Below the pieces are notes generated by a model. It was given only the letters and a program-made list of their open reading frames with translations, had not been told where the DNA came from and made no database searches. This document shows, piece after piece, positions 48,629 through 58,852 of a DNA stretch of 64,000 nucleotides. Numbering within the stretch: the stretch's first letter is position 1; the number at the start of each line of letters is the position of its first letter. The position numbers and the translations under genes are program-made. Origin of the DNA: Planctomycetota bacterium (GTDB lineage Bacteria; Planctomycetota; UBA1135; UBA2386); the NCBI GenBank assembly GCA_965223545.1, contig OZ245006.1, positions 6,848,001 to 6,912,000 of the forward strand, given 5' to 3'.

Positions 48629-51628
48629 ATGACTGAGGCTGGCCTAGAGACGCTAGACTCCAAACTATCAGTGTCCGACAGCTCCGCAAAGCGAGACTTC
48701 CTGTTCTATCGTCAAACCGGAGAGCTAGCCGCGCTTGAGCGAGCGCTTCGCGCGGCAAAGCCAGAGCTACTAGAACATGCCTACTCGCTCACGCGGCATC
48801 GGGCAGATGCCGCGGACTTGGTGCAGGAAACCCTGCTCATCGCAGCCATGCGACACGAGCAGTTCCGGTGTGAAGCCGAGTTCTCGGCCTGGCTGCGCGG
48901 CATCCTGCGCAACCTGACGCGCAAACATCGGGCCCGCCGCGGGCCGCGCCCACTGAGCCTGCACGCTCCATCGGGCCCGCAGCAGGCAGAGCCTCTGCAA
49001 TCGGCACTTAACCACGAACTACGCCAATGCCTAAGTGCCGCGATCGCACGACTCTCTCCGCGCTACCGCGAAGTGCTCGAACTATACCTGGCTGGTGAAA
49101 CCACTTCCCTTGGCATTGCAGAGAAGCTAGGCCGCAGTGCCAGCACGGTACGTAGCCAGTTGGAAAGAGGCCTACGGAAGCTCCGTCGACATCTCCCGAA
49201 GTCACTCGCACCACTAGTAGTCGCGCTGCTCGTCGGCGGTCCTGCACGTGCAAGCCTCCCGCCAAGGCGTCCACACGCTCGTCTATTGCCGGTCTTCGGC
49301 GGCCTAGCCCTGCTGATCCTACTGACTGGGCTGAGGCTGGCGCTTTGGCCCCGCGGGCCTCGAGCAGAGCCGGCGTTCGCATCCGATCGCAGCCCCCTCT
49401 CCTCTACATCGCGCGAGGTGGACGCCCAAGCTAACAAAGACTCGCTACCACGCTCCGAACGCCGGGCTAACGAACAGGCAGGCGTCACGGTAGCCTTGAG
49501 CTGGCCGGACGGTAGACCCGCCGCCGGCGTGGCGCTTGTGCTGGAGACTGACGCTAGGCCCGGGACCCAACCATTACTTACACACTTTGATACCTGGCGC
49601 CATTCCATCACCGACACCGAAGGCGAAGCGCATTTTCTCAACCTGCCCAGCGGAGCAACACGCCTCCGGCTCGATGACGTCTCCGTTCTTCACAGACTAG
49701 AGCTGCGTCCCGGGCAGAGACATCGGATTGAGAAGCGCGTAGAAACGACCTTCGAAATTGCAGGCACAGTGCGCAATGGACTCGGTCTGCCGGTTGCCGG
49801 GGCCGAGATCTGGATCAGCGGTAGTCGACGGATGATGACACCGGGCTACATTGCCTGTAGGAGTGACGAGCTAGGTCGCTTTGCTGCACCACTATTCTTG
49901 GCGCGCATCGATTTTGAATTATGGGCCGCAGCTGCTGGTATCGGAGTCTCCAACTGCTATCGCCCCCAAGCCGCTAGGCTACGCTTGGAGCAAGACCTGG
50001 TAGTGCGCAGTTCAGCGCGGCGTATCGAAGGCCTGTTACTTGGACCACAGGGTTCTGGCGTTGCTGGTATCGTAGCGCTCTATCCCAAGCGCTCTGCCGA
50101 ATATGCGCCACCGATTCAATATGCGCAAACGGACTCCCGCGGGCGCTTCACCTTCGAGCATCTGACCGCCACCGGCTATCGGCTGGCTGGAACAGCGCCC
50201 GGATTGGCTGGATCGACTGTCGAGCTCGACCTCTCAGAAAACGAGCGGAGGAATCTACTTCTGCAGCTCACGCAGGGTGTTCTGATCAGCGGCCAGGTTC
50301 ATGGTTTTGAGCTGCAGCAACTTCAGCGACTGCGTGTTGGCGGACGGTCCCCGGCCTCGCTCTTGCGTGCTCCCGAGCAGTTCTTGTTGCTACGAAGCGC
50401 AGCAGTAGCTGCTGATGCGAGCTTTCGCGTAGGTCCGTTCCCTCCCGGAGCAACCCTTCTTGGGGTGATGGATATTGAGCGTCCACATGGACCATTGGAC
50501 AGTCTGCTGCTGGAGATTCCTGCGGCGGGAGCGCTACGCTGCGACTTCTTTGCACAGGCGCGGGCACCGTGGCGCGTTCGAGTGCAAACACCATCCGGTG
50601 CTCCCGCTGCCAAGCTCTGGGTAGCGCTTGCTCATCCAACTCAGAAGCCAAGCGACGGTCGCTATACAGCGCTTGCCTCGACCGATGCCGAGGGCTTGGC
50701 AGAATTTGCAACTCTCCCTCAGCATCCGCTACAGGTGTTCGTGCTCAGCGAGCCAACAGCGCGCCTGCCACTAGCTTTCGCCCGTGACGTGATGCCAGGC
50801 AGCAAGCTGGTCTTAGTCCTTCCTCAGCAGCTCGAAGCTGGCCGCGTCTCCGGGACTTTGACTCAAGCTCCAGCGGACTTCAGAACTGGAGTAAGCCTAC
50901 GCCTGCGTCACGAGGGGAGCTCTGCTGCGCGGCTGCTCGAGGTGGCCGCATCGGAGCGGAGATTTTCTTTCCAGAAGATCCCGCCTGGTAACTACGTGTT
51001 GGAGCTCATTGGCCAAAGCTCTCCCCGCGCGGCAGTAGCGCTAGCCAAAGCCGTCGTTACATCGGCTAGTGCTATAGACCTCGGAGAGCTGCGCGTTCCG
51101 GAGTGGGGCGTGCTACGGGTTCGTGCCCCGCGGAACTCGGCTGACTCCGTGCTCCCCTTCTCTGTTCGCCAGTCCGATGGTTCTCTGCTGCTCGCCGCGC
51201 AGCTACTAGGAAGCCAGCTGCAGGAGTTGAAGCTGCCGACAGTAGCACTTCGGCTGGAGTTCCTCGACACGGCTGGAATCCTGCGCTCGCATCAGCTCAT
51301 TCTCTCAAGAGATGAGCGTCGAGAGCTTATGCTCGATACCGGAGCTGGGCACCCCGTTCGCTTATTGTTTCCTTTCTCCGAAACTCAAGGTAAGAGCACG
51401 GTGAGCGGCAGCGCTGTGGTCACAATCCGCAGCCAGAAAACCGTCTCAGATCGCCACTTCTCGGCAGTCTACCTCGATGGAGGGCTCTATAGCGTGAGCA
51501 CCGACTTAGCTCCTGGAGCTTTCCAGATCTCCTTCATCTCTACCTGGAACCGTCCTCTTCAACGCACGATCGAGGTTCTAGAGCGACACGAGCTGCAGGA
51601 GTTCCGCTTGCCGCTTGTGCGCCTGTAG
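48629..51628 (+). CDS. ECF sigma factor fused through a transmembrane segment to carboxypeptidase-regulatory-like (beta-sandwich) repeats
   Basis: DAADLVQET, FSAWLRGI and STVRSQLERGLRKLR; hydrophobic segment; G.V...G.PVAGA and TD..GRF repeats. Confidence 0.85.
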   Translation: MTEAGLETLDSKLSVSDSSAKRDFLFYRQTGELAALERALRAAKPELLEHAYSLTRHRADAADLVQETLLIAAMRHEQFRCEAEFSAWLRGILRNLTRKHRARRGPRPLSLHAPSGPQQAEPLQSALNHELRQCLSAAIARLSPRYREVLELYLAGETTSLGIAEKLGRSASTVRSQLERGLRKLRRHLPKSLAPLVVALLVGGPARASLPPRRPHARLLPVFGGLALLILLTGLRLALWPRGPRAEPAFASDRSPLSSTSREVDAQANKDSLPRSERRANEQAGVTVALSWPDGRPAAGVALVLETDARPGTQPLLTHFDTWRHSITDTEGEAHFLNLPSGATRLRLDDVSVLHRLELRPGQRHRIEKRVETTFEIAGTVRNGLGLPVAGAEIWISGSRRMMTPGYIACRSDELGRFAAPLFLARIDFELWAAAAGIGVSNCYRPQAARLRLEQDLVVRSSARRIEGLLLGPQGSGVAGIVALYPKRSAEYAPPIQYAQTDSRGRFTFEHLTATGYRLAGTAPGLAGSTVELDLSENERRNLLLQLTQGVLISGQVHGFELQQLQRLRVGGRSPASLLRAPEQFLLLRSAAVAADASFRVGPFPPGATLLGVMDIERPHGPLDSLLLEIPAAGALRCDFFAQARAPWRVRVQTPSGAPAAKLWVALAHPTQKPSDGRYTALASTDAEGLAEFATLPQHPLQVFVLSEPTARLPLAFARDVMPGSKLVLVLPQQLEAGRVSGTLTQAPADFRTGVSLRLRHEGSSAARLLEVAASERRFSFQKIPPGNYVLELIGQSSPRAAVALAKAVVTSASAIDLGELRVPEWGVLRVRAPRNSADSVLPFSVRQSDGSLLLAAQLLGSQLQELKLPTVALRLEFLDTAGILRSHQLILSRDERRELMLDTGAGHPVRLLFPFSETQGKSTVSGSAVVTIRSQKTVSDRHFSAVYLDGGLYSVSTDLAPGAFQISFISTWNRPLQRTIEVLERHELQEFRLPLVRL

Positions 51629-51846
51629 TGGCTTCAAGCAGCCTACAGGCGGTCGGGGAGCCGTGCAGAGACGCCCAGAATTTGGGATGACCGAACAGAC
51701 ACCGCTGTCGTGCGCCACGAACAGCGTGACCTCGCGCACCACGCTGGTTGAGACTACGGGCTCACCGGCCTCACCGTCACGCTTCTGAGGTAGAGCGTCA
51801 GCCCACACGATCTCACGCCGGCCAGTGACTGGGTTACTCGACCGGG

Positions 51847-52248
51847 CTACGCCGACTTCGCGCCGGACATCAGGCCGAGGATCTTCGGCAGCTCGCACAG
51901 CAGCACCACCGCCGTCAGCGCACCGGCACCGATCACCATCGGATCGGACAGCTGAGCGCCGCCGCCGATGAACACGTGGAAGGCGAAGATGTTGGCGACG
52001 ATCGGCGCGAGGATCAAAAGGCCGATGGTGCGCGTGCGTGGGATGGCGACCAGGATGGCACCGATCAGCTCGCACACCTTGACGAAGGTCATGTAGCCGG
52101 TCGGCACGAGCGCTGCGAAGAAGTGCTCGGTTGCCGAGCCTTCGGGTGGCGGTTCCTCCTCGGGCATCATGTCGAGCAGAAACATCGAGCTGGCGGCCAA
52201 GAACAGCAGGCCCAACAGCACGCCCGCGATGGTGGCGATGTTCTTCAT
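51847..52248 (-). CDS. DoxX-like membrane protein
   Basis: Four hydrophobic segments; TGYMTFVKVCELIG and LAPIVANIFAFH. Confidence 0.8.
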   Translation of the reverse strand: MKNIATIAGVLLGLLFLAASSMFLLDMMPEEEPPPEGSATEHFFAALVPTGYMTFVKVCELIGAILVAIPRTRTIGLLILAPIVANIFAFHVFIGGGAQLSDPMVIGAGALTAVVLLCELPKILGLMSGAKSA

Positions 52249-52402
52249 GCTGACGAGCATGGTCTTTGGCGGCCTTCCAGTCACGGCCGGAGTTGGACCT
52301 CTCCACCGGGGGTGGCGAGCGGCAGATCGATCGGTTCCACTCGTCTCCCTGCCCCGGACGCACTCCCGTCGCCTGAGTGAGGGGGACGAGATCACTGCCA
52401 CC

Positions 52403-55240
52403 ATGGTGTCCAGCCGCGCTGTTGTTCTGATCGCCGTCGGGTTGGCGGGGGTCGTCATCGCCGGCCTGGTTTGGCGGTGGGGGGATGCGGTGCCGGTTGC
52501 TGATGCCGGCGCCGCGAACGATCGAGCCAGCGCCGGAGCCCCTCTGGCGGGCTCGGCCGAGGAGAGGGTGGCCGGCGCGGGGCGCGAGCGCGCCGTGGTT
52601 GTCGCGCCGCTCGCCTCCGATGATGCTCTGCCGCCGGGGCTGCGCGGCCGCGTGCTGCAGGATGGGGTGCCCGTGCCGTCGTGCGTGGTGGAGGTGTGCC
52701 GGTCCTTCGATCCGGGGGGGCCGCCGCCGCTGGCGGTGGCGACCGCCGCCGCCGACGGTCGGTTCGTGGTCGGCGGGCTGCCGCCAGGCCTGGTCGTGCT
52801 GCAGTTTTCCAGTGCCAGCCTGCCGCGGCCTGCGTTGCGCGCGGACATCCAAGTGCCCGCCGATCGGTTCGCCGAGCTCGGCGACATCGACCTGCCGCAG
52901 CCGGCGCGCCTGCACGGGCGGGTCGTGGACGGCGGCGGCCGACCGGTCGCGGGCGTGCGCGTGTTCCACCACCATCGCCCGGGCTACTCGACGACCCGGT
53001 TCGACCGAGGCACCGCCGAGCTTGGCGCAGTGCGCGATGCGCACGTGCAGACCGACCTGGACGGGCGGTTCGCCTTTGGTCGGCTGCCGGCTGGAGACCA
53101 CGCGGTACTGGTCGAGCCCGCCGCCGCGGAGCGCTACCGCGACCAGCGCGTGTCGCTGGAGCTCGTGCCCGGAGAGGATCGAGATCTCGGGGACCTGGAG
53201 CTCGTCGATGGTCAGGTACTCGTCGGGCGCGTCGTCGATCCGCAGGGTCGAGGCGTGGCGGCGGCTCTGGTGGCGCCCGCTTCGCGGCGCGGCGAGATCG
53301 CGCGGCGGCGCGGTGCGCGCACCGCGGACGACGGGCGTTTCGTCCTGCACGGCTTGCCTCCCCGTGGCTTGGTGTCGGTCGAGGCCGACGGCTACTTGCC
53401 GCGGACGCAGGATCGGGATGGGGCGCCGTCGCCGATGTTGATCCGGATCGAGCCGGCGTTCGCGGTGCGTGGGGTCGTGCGCGGCGCCAAGGGTGCGCCG
53501 ACGGTGGTCGAGGTGATGGGCCGATCGCGACCGAGTGGGATCCACCGGGCCGGCGTGGATGGCGCGTTCTCGATTCCCGGCCTCGCAGCCGGTGCACACC
53601 GCGTGCGCGCGCGTGCGCCCGGCGTGGGGTCCTCAGCGGTCGTCGAGGTGGAGGTGCCGCGAAGTGGCGACCAGCCGGTCGTGCTCGACATCGTGCCCGG
53701 CTTGCCCGTCACCGTGCGCGTGGTCGACGACACGGGTCTGCCGATCGCCGGTGTGCGGGTCGTGCGCGATCCTGGCATCGAGCGTTCTCCGCGGCTCTAC
53801 CGTGCCGGTGCCCGTGGGCTCACCGGGCGCGTGTTGCGCGCGGCGAGCGGCGCGGGCGCGCAGGTCGCGCGCACCGATATGAGCGGTGCCGCCATCTTGG
53901 CGATCGAAAGCGGGGTGGCCTTCGCCATCGGCGCGCGCCACGAGGGCCACCTCGACAACGTCCTGATCGTGCGCGCCGACGAGCGCCCGGCGACGGCCGA
54001 GACGTGGACGTTGACCATGGCGCGCGGTGGTCGGATCAAAGGCGTCATCGACGACGCCTCGGGCCGGCGTCGGTTCGCGCTCCGCGCGGCGCTGTGGCCG
54101 GTCGGCGTCGAAAAGCCGACCGAGCAGCAGACCCGGCTCATGGTCGACGATGCCGGCGTGTTTGCCAGCGCGCCATTGCAGCCGGGGCGCTACGTCGTCT
54201 CGGTCTATCGCTACAACATGACGTGGCAGGATGCGCCGTCGCGGCGCCTGCCCGACGTCGTGCCCCTGCTCGGACACGGCACCGATCCGCGCGGTTGGCA
54301 GGAGGTCGAGGTGCTCCCCGGCGAGGACACCGAAGTCACTCTCGCGGTCGAGCCGTTGGGAACGGTCGCTGGCGTCGTGCGCCAAAACGGCACACCCGTC
54401 GGAGGCGCGGTGGTCTACGCAGTCGAGACCGGTGCACGGGTCGCGCCGGGAAGAACGGCGTGGACCGATCGCGGTGCGCACGAGCGGGTGCCGTTTGCGG
54501 TGACCGATGTCGAGGGGCGCTACTCGTTCTCCTACGTGGCTCCGGGACGGTGGCGCCTGTTCGCGCTGGCGCCCGGCGGTGACTATCCCAAAGGGCCGGT
54601 AGAGGTCGTGGCGACCGACTTCGGGCAGCACTGGACCCGCGACTTCGAGCTGCCGGCGACGCGCGTTCGCGGTCGCTTTGTGTCGGATCAGGGGGGCGCG
54701 CACGGCGGGCGTGGGCTGCGTGCGTACTTGTTTCCGCTGCACGCGGCCGATCGCGATCCCTACTACCAGCCACACCACGCGCTGCCGCAGACCGCCGAGC
54801 GTCGCGCGCAGCCGCTGGACGGCGAAGGGGCGTTCGCGTTCGCGAGTGTGCTGCCGGGCCGCTGGGTGTTGCGGATCACGGACGGTGAGCGCTCGATCGC
54901 GCAGCGCGTGGTGAGCGTCGCCGACACCGACGTCGACCTGGGCGTGCTCCGCCCGACCCAGGTGGTCGAGGCGGTTTTGCACTGCGCCGACGCGCGCGTC
55001 GCGGGCGCGTGGGTGCGGCGCCCGGTCGAGGGCAGCGAGCGCGGGGTGTTCGTGCAGACCGTAGCGCTCGACGACGGGGTGCTGCGCCTTGCGGTCCCCG
55101 CCGGGCGCTACCTGATCGAACCCTTCGAGCGCAGCCAGTGGTGGGGCGTGGGTCTCAGCGGCAAGTCTCTCGATCAGGTCGTGGCCGTCGAGATCGATGC
55201 CGCCGGCGCAGCCGTGCCGGCGGTGTTGGCGGTGCGCTGA
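52403..55240 (+). CDS. Membrane-anchored carboxypeptidase-regulatory-like domain protein
   Basis: N-terminal TM; repeated GRVVD..GRPVAG and TD.DGRF units. Confidence 0.85.
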   Translation: MVSSRAVVLIAVGLAGVVIAGLVWRWGDAVPVADAGAANDRASAGAPLAGSAEERVAGAGRERAVVVAPLASDDALPPGLRGRVLQDGVPVPSCVVEVCRSFDPGGPPPLAVATAAADGRFVVGGLPPGLVVLQFSSASLPRPALRADIQVPADRFAELGDIDLPQPARLHGRVVDGGGRPVAGVRVFHHHRPGYSTTRFDRGTAELGAVRDAHVQTDLDGRFAFGRLPAGDHAVLVEPAAAERYRDQRVSLELVPGEDRDLGDLELVDGQVLVGRVVDPQGRGVAAALVAPASRRGEIARRRGARTADDGRFVLHGLPPRGLVSVEADGYLPRTQDRDGAPSPMLIRIEPAFAVRGVVRGAKGAPTVVEVMGRSRPSGIHRAGVDGAFSIPGLAAGAHRVRARAPGVGSSAVVEVEVPRSGDQPVVLDIVPGLPVTVRVVDDTGLPIAGVRVVRDPGIERSPRLYRAGARGLTGRVLRAASGAGAQVARTDMSGAAILAIESGVAFAIGARHEGHLDNVLIVRADERPATAETWTLTMARGGRIKGVIDDASGRRRFALRAALWPVGVEKPTEQQTRLMVDDAGVFASAPLQPGRYVVSVYRYNMTWQDAPSRRLPDVVPLLGHGTDPRGWQEVEVLPGEDTEVTLAVEPLGTVAGVVRQNGTPVGGAVVYAVETGARVAPGRTAWTDRGAHERVPFAVTDVEGRYSFSYVAPGRWRLFALAPGGDYPKGPVEVVATDFGQHWTRDFELPATRVRGRFVSDQGGAHGGRGLRAYLFPLHAADRDPYYQPHHALPQTAERRAQPLDGEGAFAFASVLPGRWVLRITDGERSIAQRVVSVADTDVDLGVLRPTQVVEAVLHCADARVAGAWVRRPVEGSERGVFVQTVALDDGVLRLAVPAGRYLIEPFERSQWWGVGLSGKSLDQVVAVEIDAAGAAVPAVLAVR

Positions 55241-55241
55241 C

Positions 55242-56054
55242 CTACTCGGGCGCCGGAAACCGTTGCGCCAGCCATTGCTGCCACCGCGGCTCCTGCGCGC
55301 GGGCGGCGCCGGCGGCGCCGTCGCCGTAGAACATGATGCGCACCGACAGCAGCGTCTTCTCGGCCATTGACATGGCGAACAGGTGCGCAATGCCGGCGCA
55401 CGGCTCATCCAGGCGCAGCAGCAGCTCTTCACCGTGCTGCGCGGCGTCGTGCTCGACCCACGCGGACATCGGCGGTGCGTCGTCCGCGGTCGTGCACCGA
55501 TCGGACGCGCTCGCGCTGGCCAAGCCGAGGCCGGTGCGCAGGTGCGACCACGCCTCGGCGGTCGTCTGCGTCGACCACGCCTGCAGCTGCATGAGAGCAC
55601 TGTCTTCGCCGGCGAAGTGTGCCAAGTACAGCCGCAGGATGCGGAAGAATGCGGGCCAGCCGCTCTCCCATCCCTCGAGCTGGGCGTCCCAGTCGTCGCT
55701 GTCGGCGAACAGGCTGTGCACCACGCGCACGGTGCAGGTGTTGCCGTCGCGCGCCTCGACGACCCATTCGGTGGCGATCGTCGGTGCGTCGGGGCCGAGA
55801 TCGGCGCTGTCCGCGGCGAAGCGGTGTGGCGGTTGCCACGCGGTGATCGTCGACACCGATTCCATCCCCGGGCCGAAGTCGGCAACGACGCGCACGGGCG
55901 CACCGTTCTCGTCGGTCTCGAACTCGGTCGGCACGAACCACGAGGTGATGCCGGGGCCGGTGGCGATCGCTTGCCAGACTTGCTCGGGAGTGCCGGGGAC
56001 CTCGACTTCGACGCGGATCGAGCGGTGACCGCGGTCGTCTTTCTCTACGGGCAT
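55242..56054 (-). CDS. SRPBCC domain protein
   Basis: EVEVPGTPEQVWQAIATGPGITSWF. Confidence 0.88.
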   Translation of the reverse strand: MPVEKDDRGHRSIRVEVEVPGTPEQVWQAIATGPGITSWFVPTEFETDENGAPVRVVADFGPGMESVSTITAWQPPHRFAADSADLGPDAPTIATEWVVEARDGNTCTVRVVHSLFADSDDWDAQLEGWESGWPAFFRILRLYLAHFAGEDSALMQLQAWSTQTTAEAWSHLRTGLGLASASASDRCTTADDAPPMSAWVEHDAAQHGEELLLRLDEPCAGIAHLFAMSMAEKTLLSVRIMFYGDGAAGAARAQEPRWQQWLAQRFPAPE

Positions 56055-56659
56055 GGGGACGCCTCTTCAGGGGAGGGAGGGGATGTAGGCAGGGGATGCG
56101 CGCCGACCAGGAGGCGATGGGCGCGCCCCCCGGGGGTCGACTCGCAGTGGTAGCGGGCGACGAGCTGCGCCACGGCGGTGGCGAGCTCGCGGCTGAACTC
56201 GGCGCGTTCGCGGGCGTTGCGAAAGCGGATGGTGGTGTCGATCGACAGCGTCGCGAGCCGCTTGCCGGTGCTGGTCGCGCGCCGGGCCAAGTCGCCCACC
56301 TCGCGCACCGCGCGCGCCGCCAGCGCGATCAGATAGCCGGCCGACAGGCGGTCCGACGTCCGCTCGGGGTCGGCGCCGATCGCGCCGAGCGCGCCCGGCG
56401 AGACGACGTAGGTGCCGGCGGTGGCGACCAGCAGGCGTTCGGTGAGACCACCCCAACGGCGCTGGTCGGCGACCTTGGCCAAGCCGTGGCGCTCGAGCGC
56501 GCGCAGGTGGTAGTTGACCTTCTGCCGGGGGACGCCGAGGCGCTGGGCCAGCGCGGCGGCCGAGGAGGGCTGGCCGAGCTCCGCCAGCAGGCGGCGTCGC
56601 AGAGGGTCGAGCGCGGCGGTTGCCGCGGCGGAGTCCTCGATGACCTCGACGTCGATCAC
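56045..56659 (-). CDS. ArsR-like HTH transcriptional regulator
   Basis: LDPLRRRLL..PSSAAALA..RQKVNYHLRALE. Confidence 0.88.
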   Translation of the reverse strand: MIDVEVIEDSAAATAALDPLRRRLLAELGQPSSAAALAQRLGVPRQKVNYHLRALERHGLAKVADQRRWGGLTERLLVATAGTYVVSPGALGAIGADPERTSDRLSAGYLIALAARAVREVGDLARRATSTGKRLATLSIDTTIRFRNARERAEFSRELATAVAQLVARYHCESTPGGRAHRLLVGAHPLPTSPPSPEEASPCP

Positions 56660-56671
56660 CCACTCACAGTG

Positions 56672-56697
56672 CCCTTGACAAATATATTTGTCAAGGG
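56672..56697. promoter_or_regulatory. Perfect 26-bp palindromic operator overlapping the promoter
   Basis: CCCTTGACAAATATATTTGTCAAGGG, 12 bp upstream of the regulator start. Confidence 0.85.
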
Positions 56698-56711
56698 TGC
56701 GGAGCCGGTTC

Positions 56712-58691
56712 TCAGAACGGTCCGCCGCGCGGGGCGACCAACGGGCTGAGAGCCAGCGCGAACTCCTCCAAGAAGTCGTCGACGACGATCGCGACGAAGA
56801 GGTCCTGGTGCGGGCCCGGCACGCTCGGCTGCAGCCATCCCGGATTGCCGCTGATGCCGAGCAGGGCGGGCAGCGTCGAGTGGTGGGCTTCGAGGTCCAG
56901 GAGCATGTCCGCGTGTGCCTGCAGGGCGGGGTTGGAATCCGCGCTGAACTTGGCGAACGCACCGAAGTAGCTCAGGCTGGGCACCGGCTGCACGTGCGGC
57001 ACCGGCCATGGCGACACCGGCCAGGTCGAGGTGAACACCGGGTGCGCGGCCGGCCGCGGCGTGGCGGTGATCGGGTTGGCGTTGCCCTTCGAGGCGCCGT
57101 CAGCGACGTTGGCAAGGGTCGCGACGTGCCGAAAGAGCTTGGCCGTGCGCTCGTAGTCCTGCCACTTCCACCCCTGCCCCGTCCACCACGGCGACTGCCA
57201 GATCCCGCTCGGCGCGGTCATCAAGAACTGCAGCATCGAGTGGTCGTCCAGCTCGGGACCGACGTTCTCGGCAAACCACGGATCCACCCAGTCCGGGCCC
57301 GTGGTCTTGGCGGTCAGTGACCAGGAGCCACCGGGGTTGGTGGGTGTCTGCCACAACGACGCCGGCGCGATGCCCTGCAGCACCGCGAGCTCGACGAACG
57401 CGCCCACCGCGTCGATCTCGCGCACGGTGCCGTCGTGATAGAACAGGCCGGTGCCGTGCTTGAACGGCATGTTGCTGACGAACGGGATCGTCAGATCCAG
57501 CTGCCCGATCATGAACGCCCACGGCATGAAGCCGATGCCCTGCTCGCCGGTGGTGTTGTTGAGCAGGTCGAGATCGGGGCGCGGCACACCGCTCTGGCTG
57601 TTGGCGGGATCCCAGCGGCAGTAGCCCACGGTGTCGCGATACGACGATCCGCCGCCGGGGTAGCCGATCTCGGTGCAGATCAGCGGCTTGCCGAAGACGC
57701 TGGTCGCGGTCTCGAACGTCGCGTCGTAGACGAACGACGTGATCGTCGCCCTCGTGTGGCCGTACGGATGCAAGCTCAGCACGTCACAGTTCGGATCCCG
57801 GGCGAGGTTGACCGACTGGTCGTACTCGTCGGTGACCTGGAAGCTCCAGGTCGTGCGGCGCGAGACGCCGTTCGTGCTGGGCGCGCTCTTGATCGTCGCC
57901 AGCGTGTCCGATACCCACAGCTCGCGGTCACCGAACACCGCCGTCAGGGGGGCGGGCTCGTTCATCGCGTCCCACAGTAGGATGGCGTCGGCGCTCGCCG
58001 CCGGCACGGCGGCGACGCACTCGGCGACGTACTGGCCGGCCAAGGTCGCCACGAAGGGACTGCCCTGCCGCTGCAGGGCCTGAGTGAAGATGATCGCGGT
58101 GTTGCCGGGGTCGCGGTGCCAGTAGCTCACGTTGGAGTCGGCGCCGGGTGCCGCGGCCAGCCCCACCGGGTCGTTGAAGTCGGGCTCGATCGCCTGGTTG
58201 CCGTGCACGGCGACGTCGCTCCAAAACACCGGCACCACGTACAGCTGCTTCGCGTGGCAGCGAGTGACGAAGTCGGCGAAGTTGAGCAAGAACTGGTTCT
58301 GACCGTTGACGGGATTGTTGCGGTAGTGCGTCCACGCTGGCGACGACAGGAACACCCGCACCGCGTTGAAGCCGCAGCGCTTGACCCAATCGAGCTGCTC
58401 GTCGATGCGCGCCGTGTTCTGTGGGTGCTGGTGGTAGAAGTGCCACAGCGCGGTCGGCGAGGCGACGCCGTGATAGCCCGCGGTACCGGCGAGCTGGGGA
58501 AACACGGGGACGTAGTTGATGCCGCGCAGGTTGCGGAAGTCGGCGCGGATGCACTCCCAACCCGGAGGGCATGCCGGCGCCTGTGCCGGCGCATGGGAAG
58601 CGACGGCGACGGTCAAGATGGCGGAGAGGGTTGCCAGGGTAGACCGGCAGCGGCGCGCGGCGTGGGCGCGCGTGGGAACGGGATGGCGCAT
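56712..58691 (-). CDS. Secreted clan GH-A (GH5-like) glycoside hydrolase
   Basis: Signal peptide; GINY, GFNAVRVF, WDAMNEP (acid/base), SLHPY and CTEIG (nucleophile). Confidence 0.8.
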   Translation of the reverse strand: MRHPVPTRAHAARRCRSTLATLSAILTVAVASHAPAQAPACPPGWECIRADFRNLRGINYVPVFPQLAGTAGYHGVASPTALWHFYHQHPQNTARIDEQLDWVKRCGFNAVRVFLSSPAWTHYRNNPVNGQNQFLLNFADFVTRCHAKQLYVVPVFWSDVAVHGNQAIEPDFNDPVGLAAAPGADSNVSYWHRDPGNTAIIFTQALQRQGSPFVATLAGQYVAECVAAVPAASADAILLWDAMNEPAPLTAVFGDRELWVSDTLATIKSAPSTNGVSRRTTWSFQVTDEYDQSVNLARDPNCDVLSLHPYGHTRATITSFVYDATFETATSVFGKPLICTEIGYPGGGSSYRDTVGYCRWDPANSQSGVPRPDLDLLNNTTGEQGIGFMPWAFMIGQLDLTIPFVSNMPFKHGTGLFYHDGTVREIDAVGAFVELAVLQGIAPASLWQTPTNPGGSWSLTAKTTGPDWVDPWFAENVGPELDDHSMLQFLMTAPSGIWQSPWWTGQGWKWQDYERTAKLFRHVATLANVADGASKGNANPITATPRPAAHPVFTSTWPVSPWPVPHVQPVPSLSYFGAFAKFSADSNPALQAHADMLLDLEAHHSTLPALLGISGNPGWLQPSVPGPHQDLFVAIVVDDFLEEFALALSPLVAPRGGPF

Positions 58692-58852
58692 TGGCTCTCG
58701 ATGGGGATGGGGAGTGATGCATCAGTGACTCCGCAGGGAACCCCTCGCACCGGAGGTCAGAATCGAGAGAAGTGCGCCGGCCGGGACCCGCGCGAAGGAT
58801 GCCTGTGGTCCATGACGTTCCTCTACGCGCGCGCGGTCTGGCTCAACGATCG

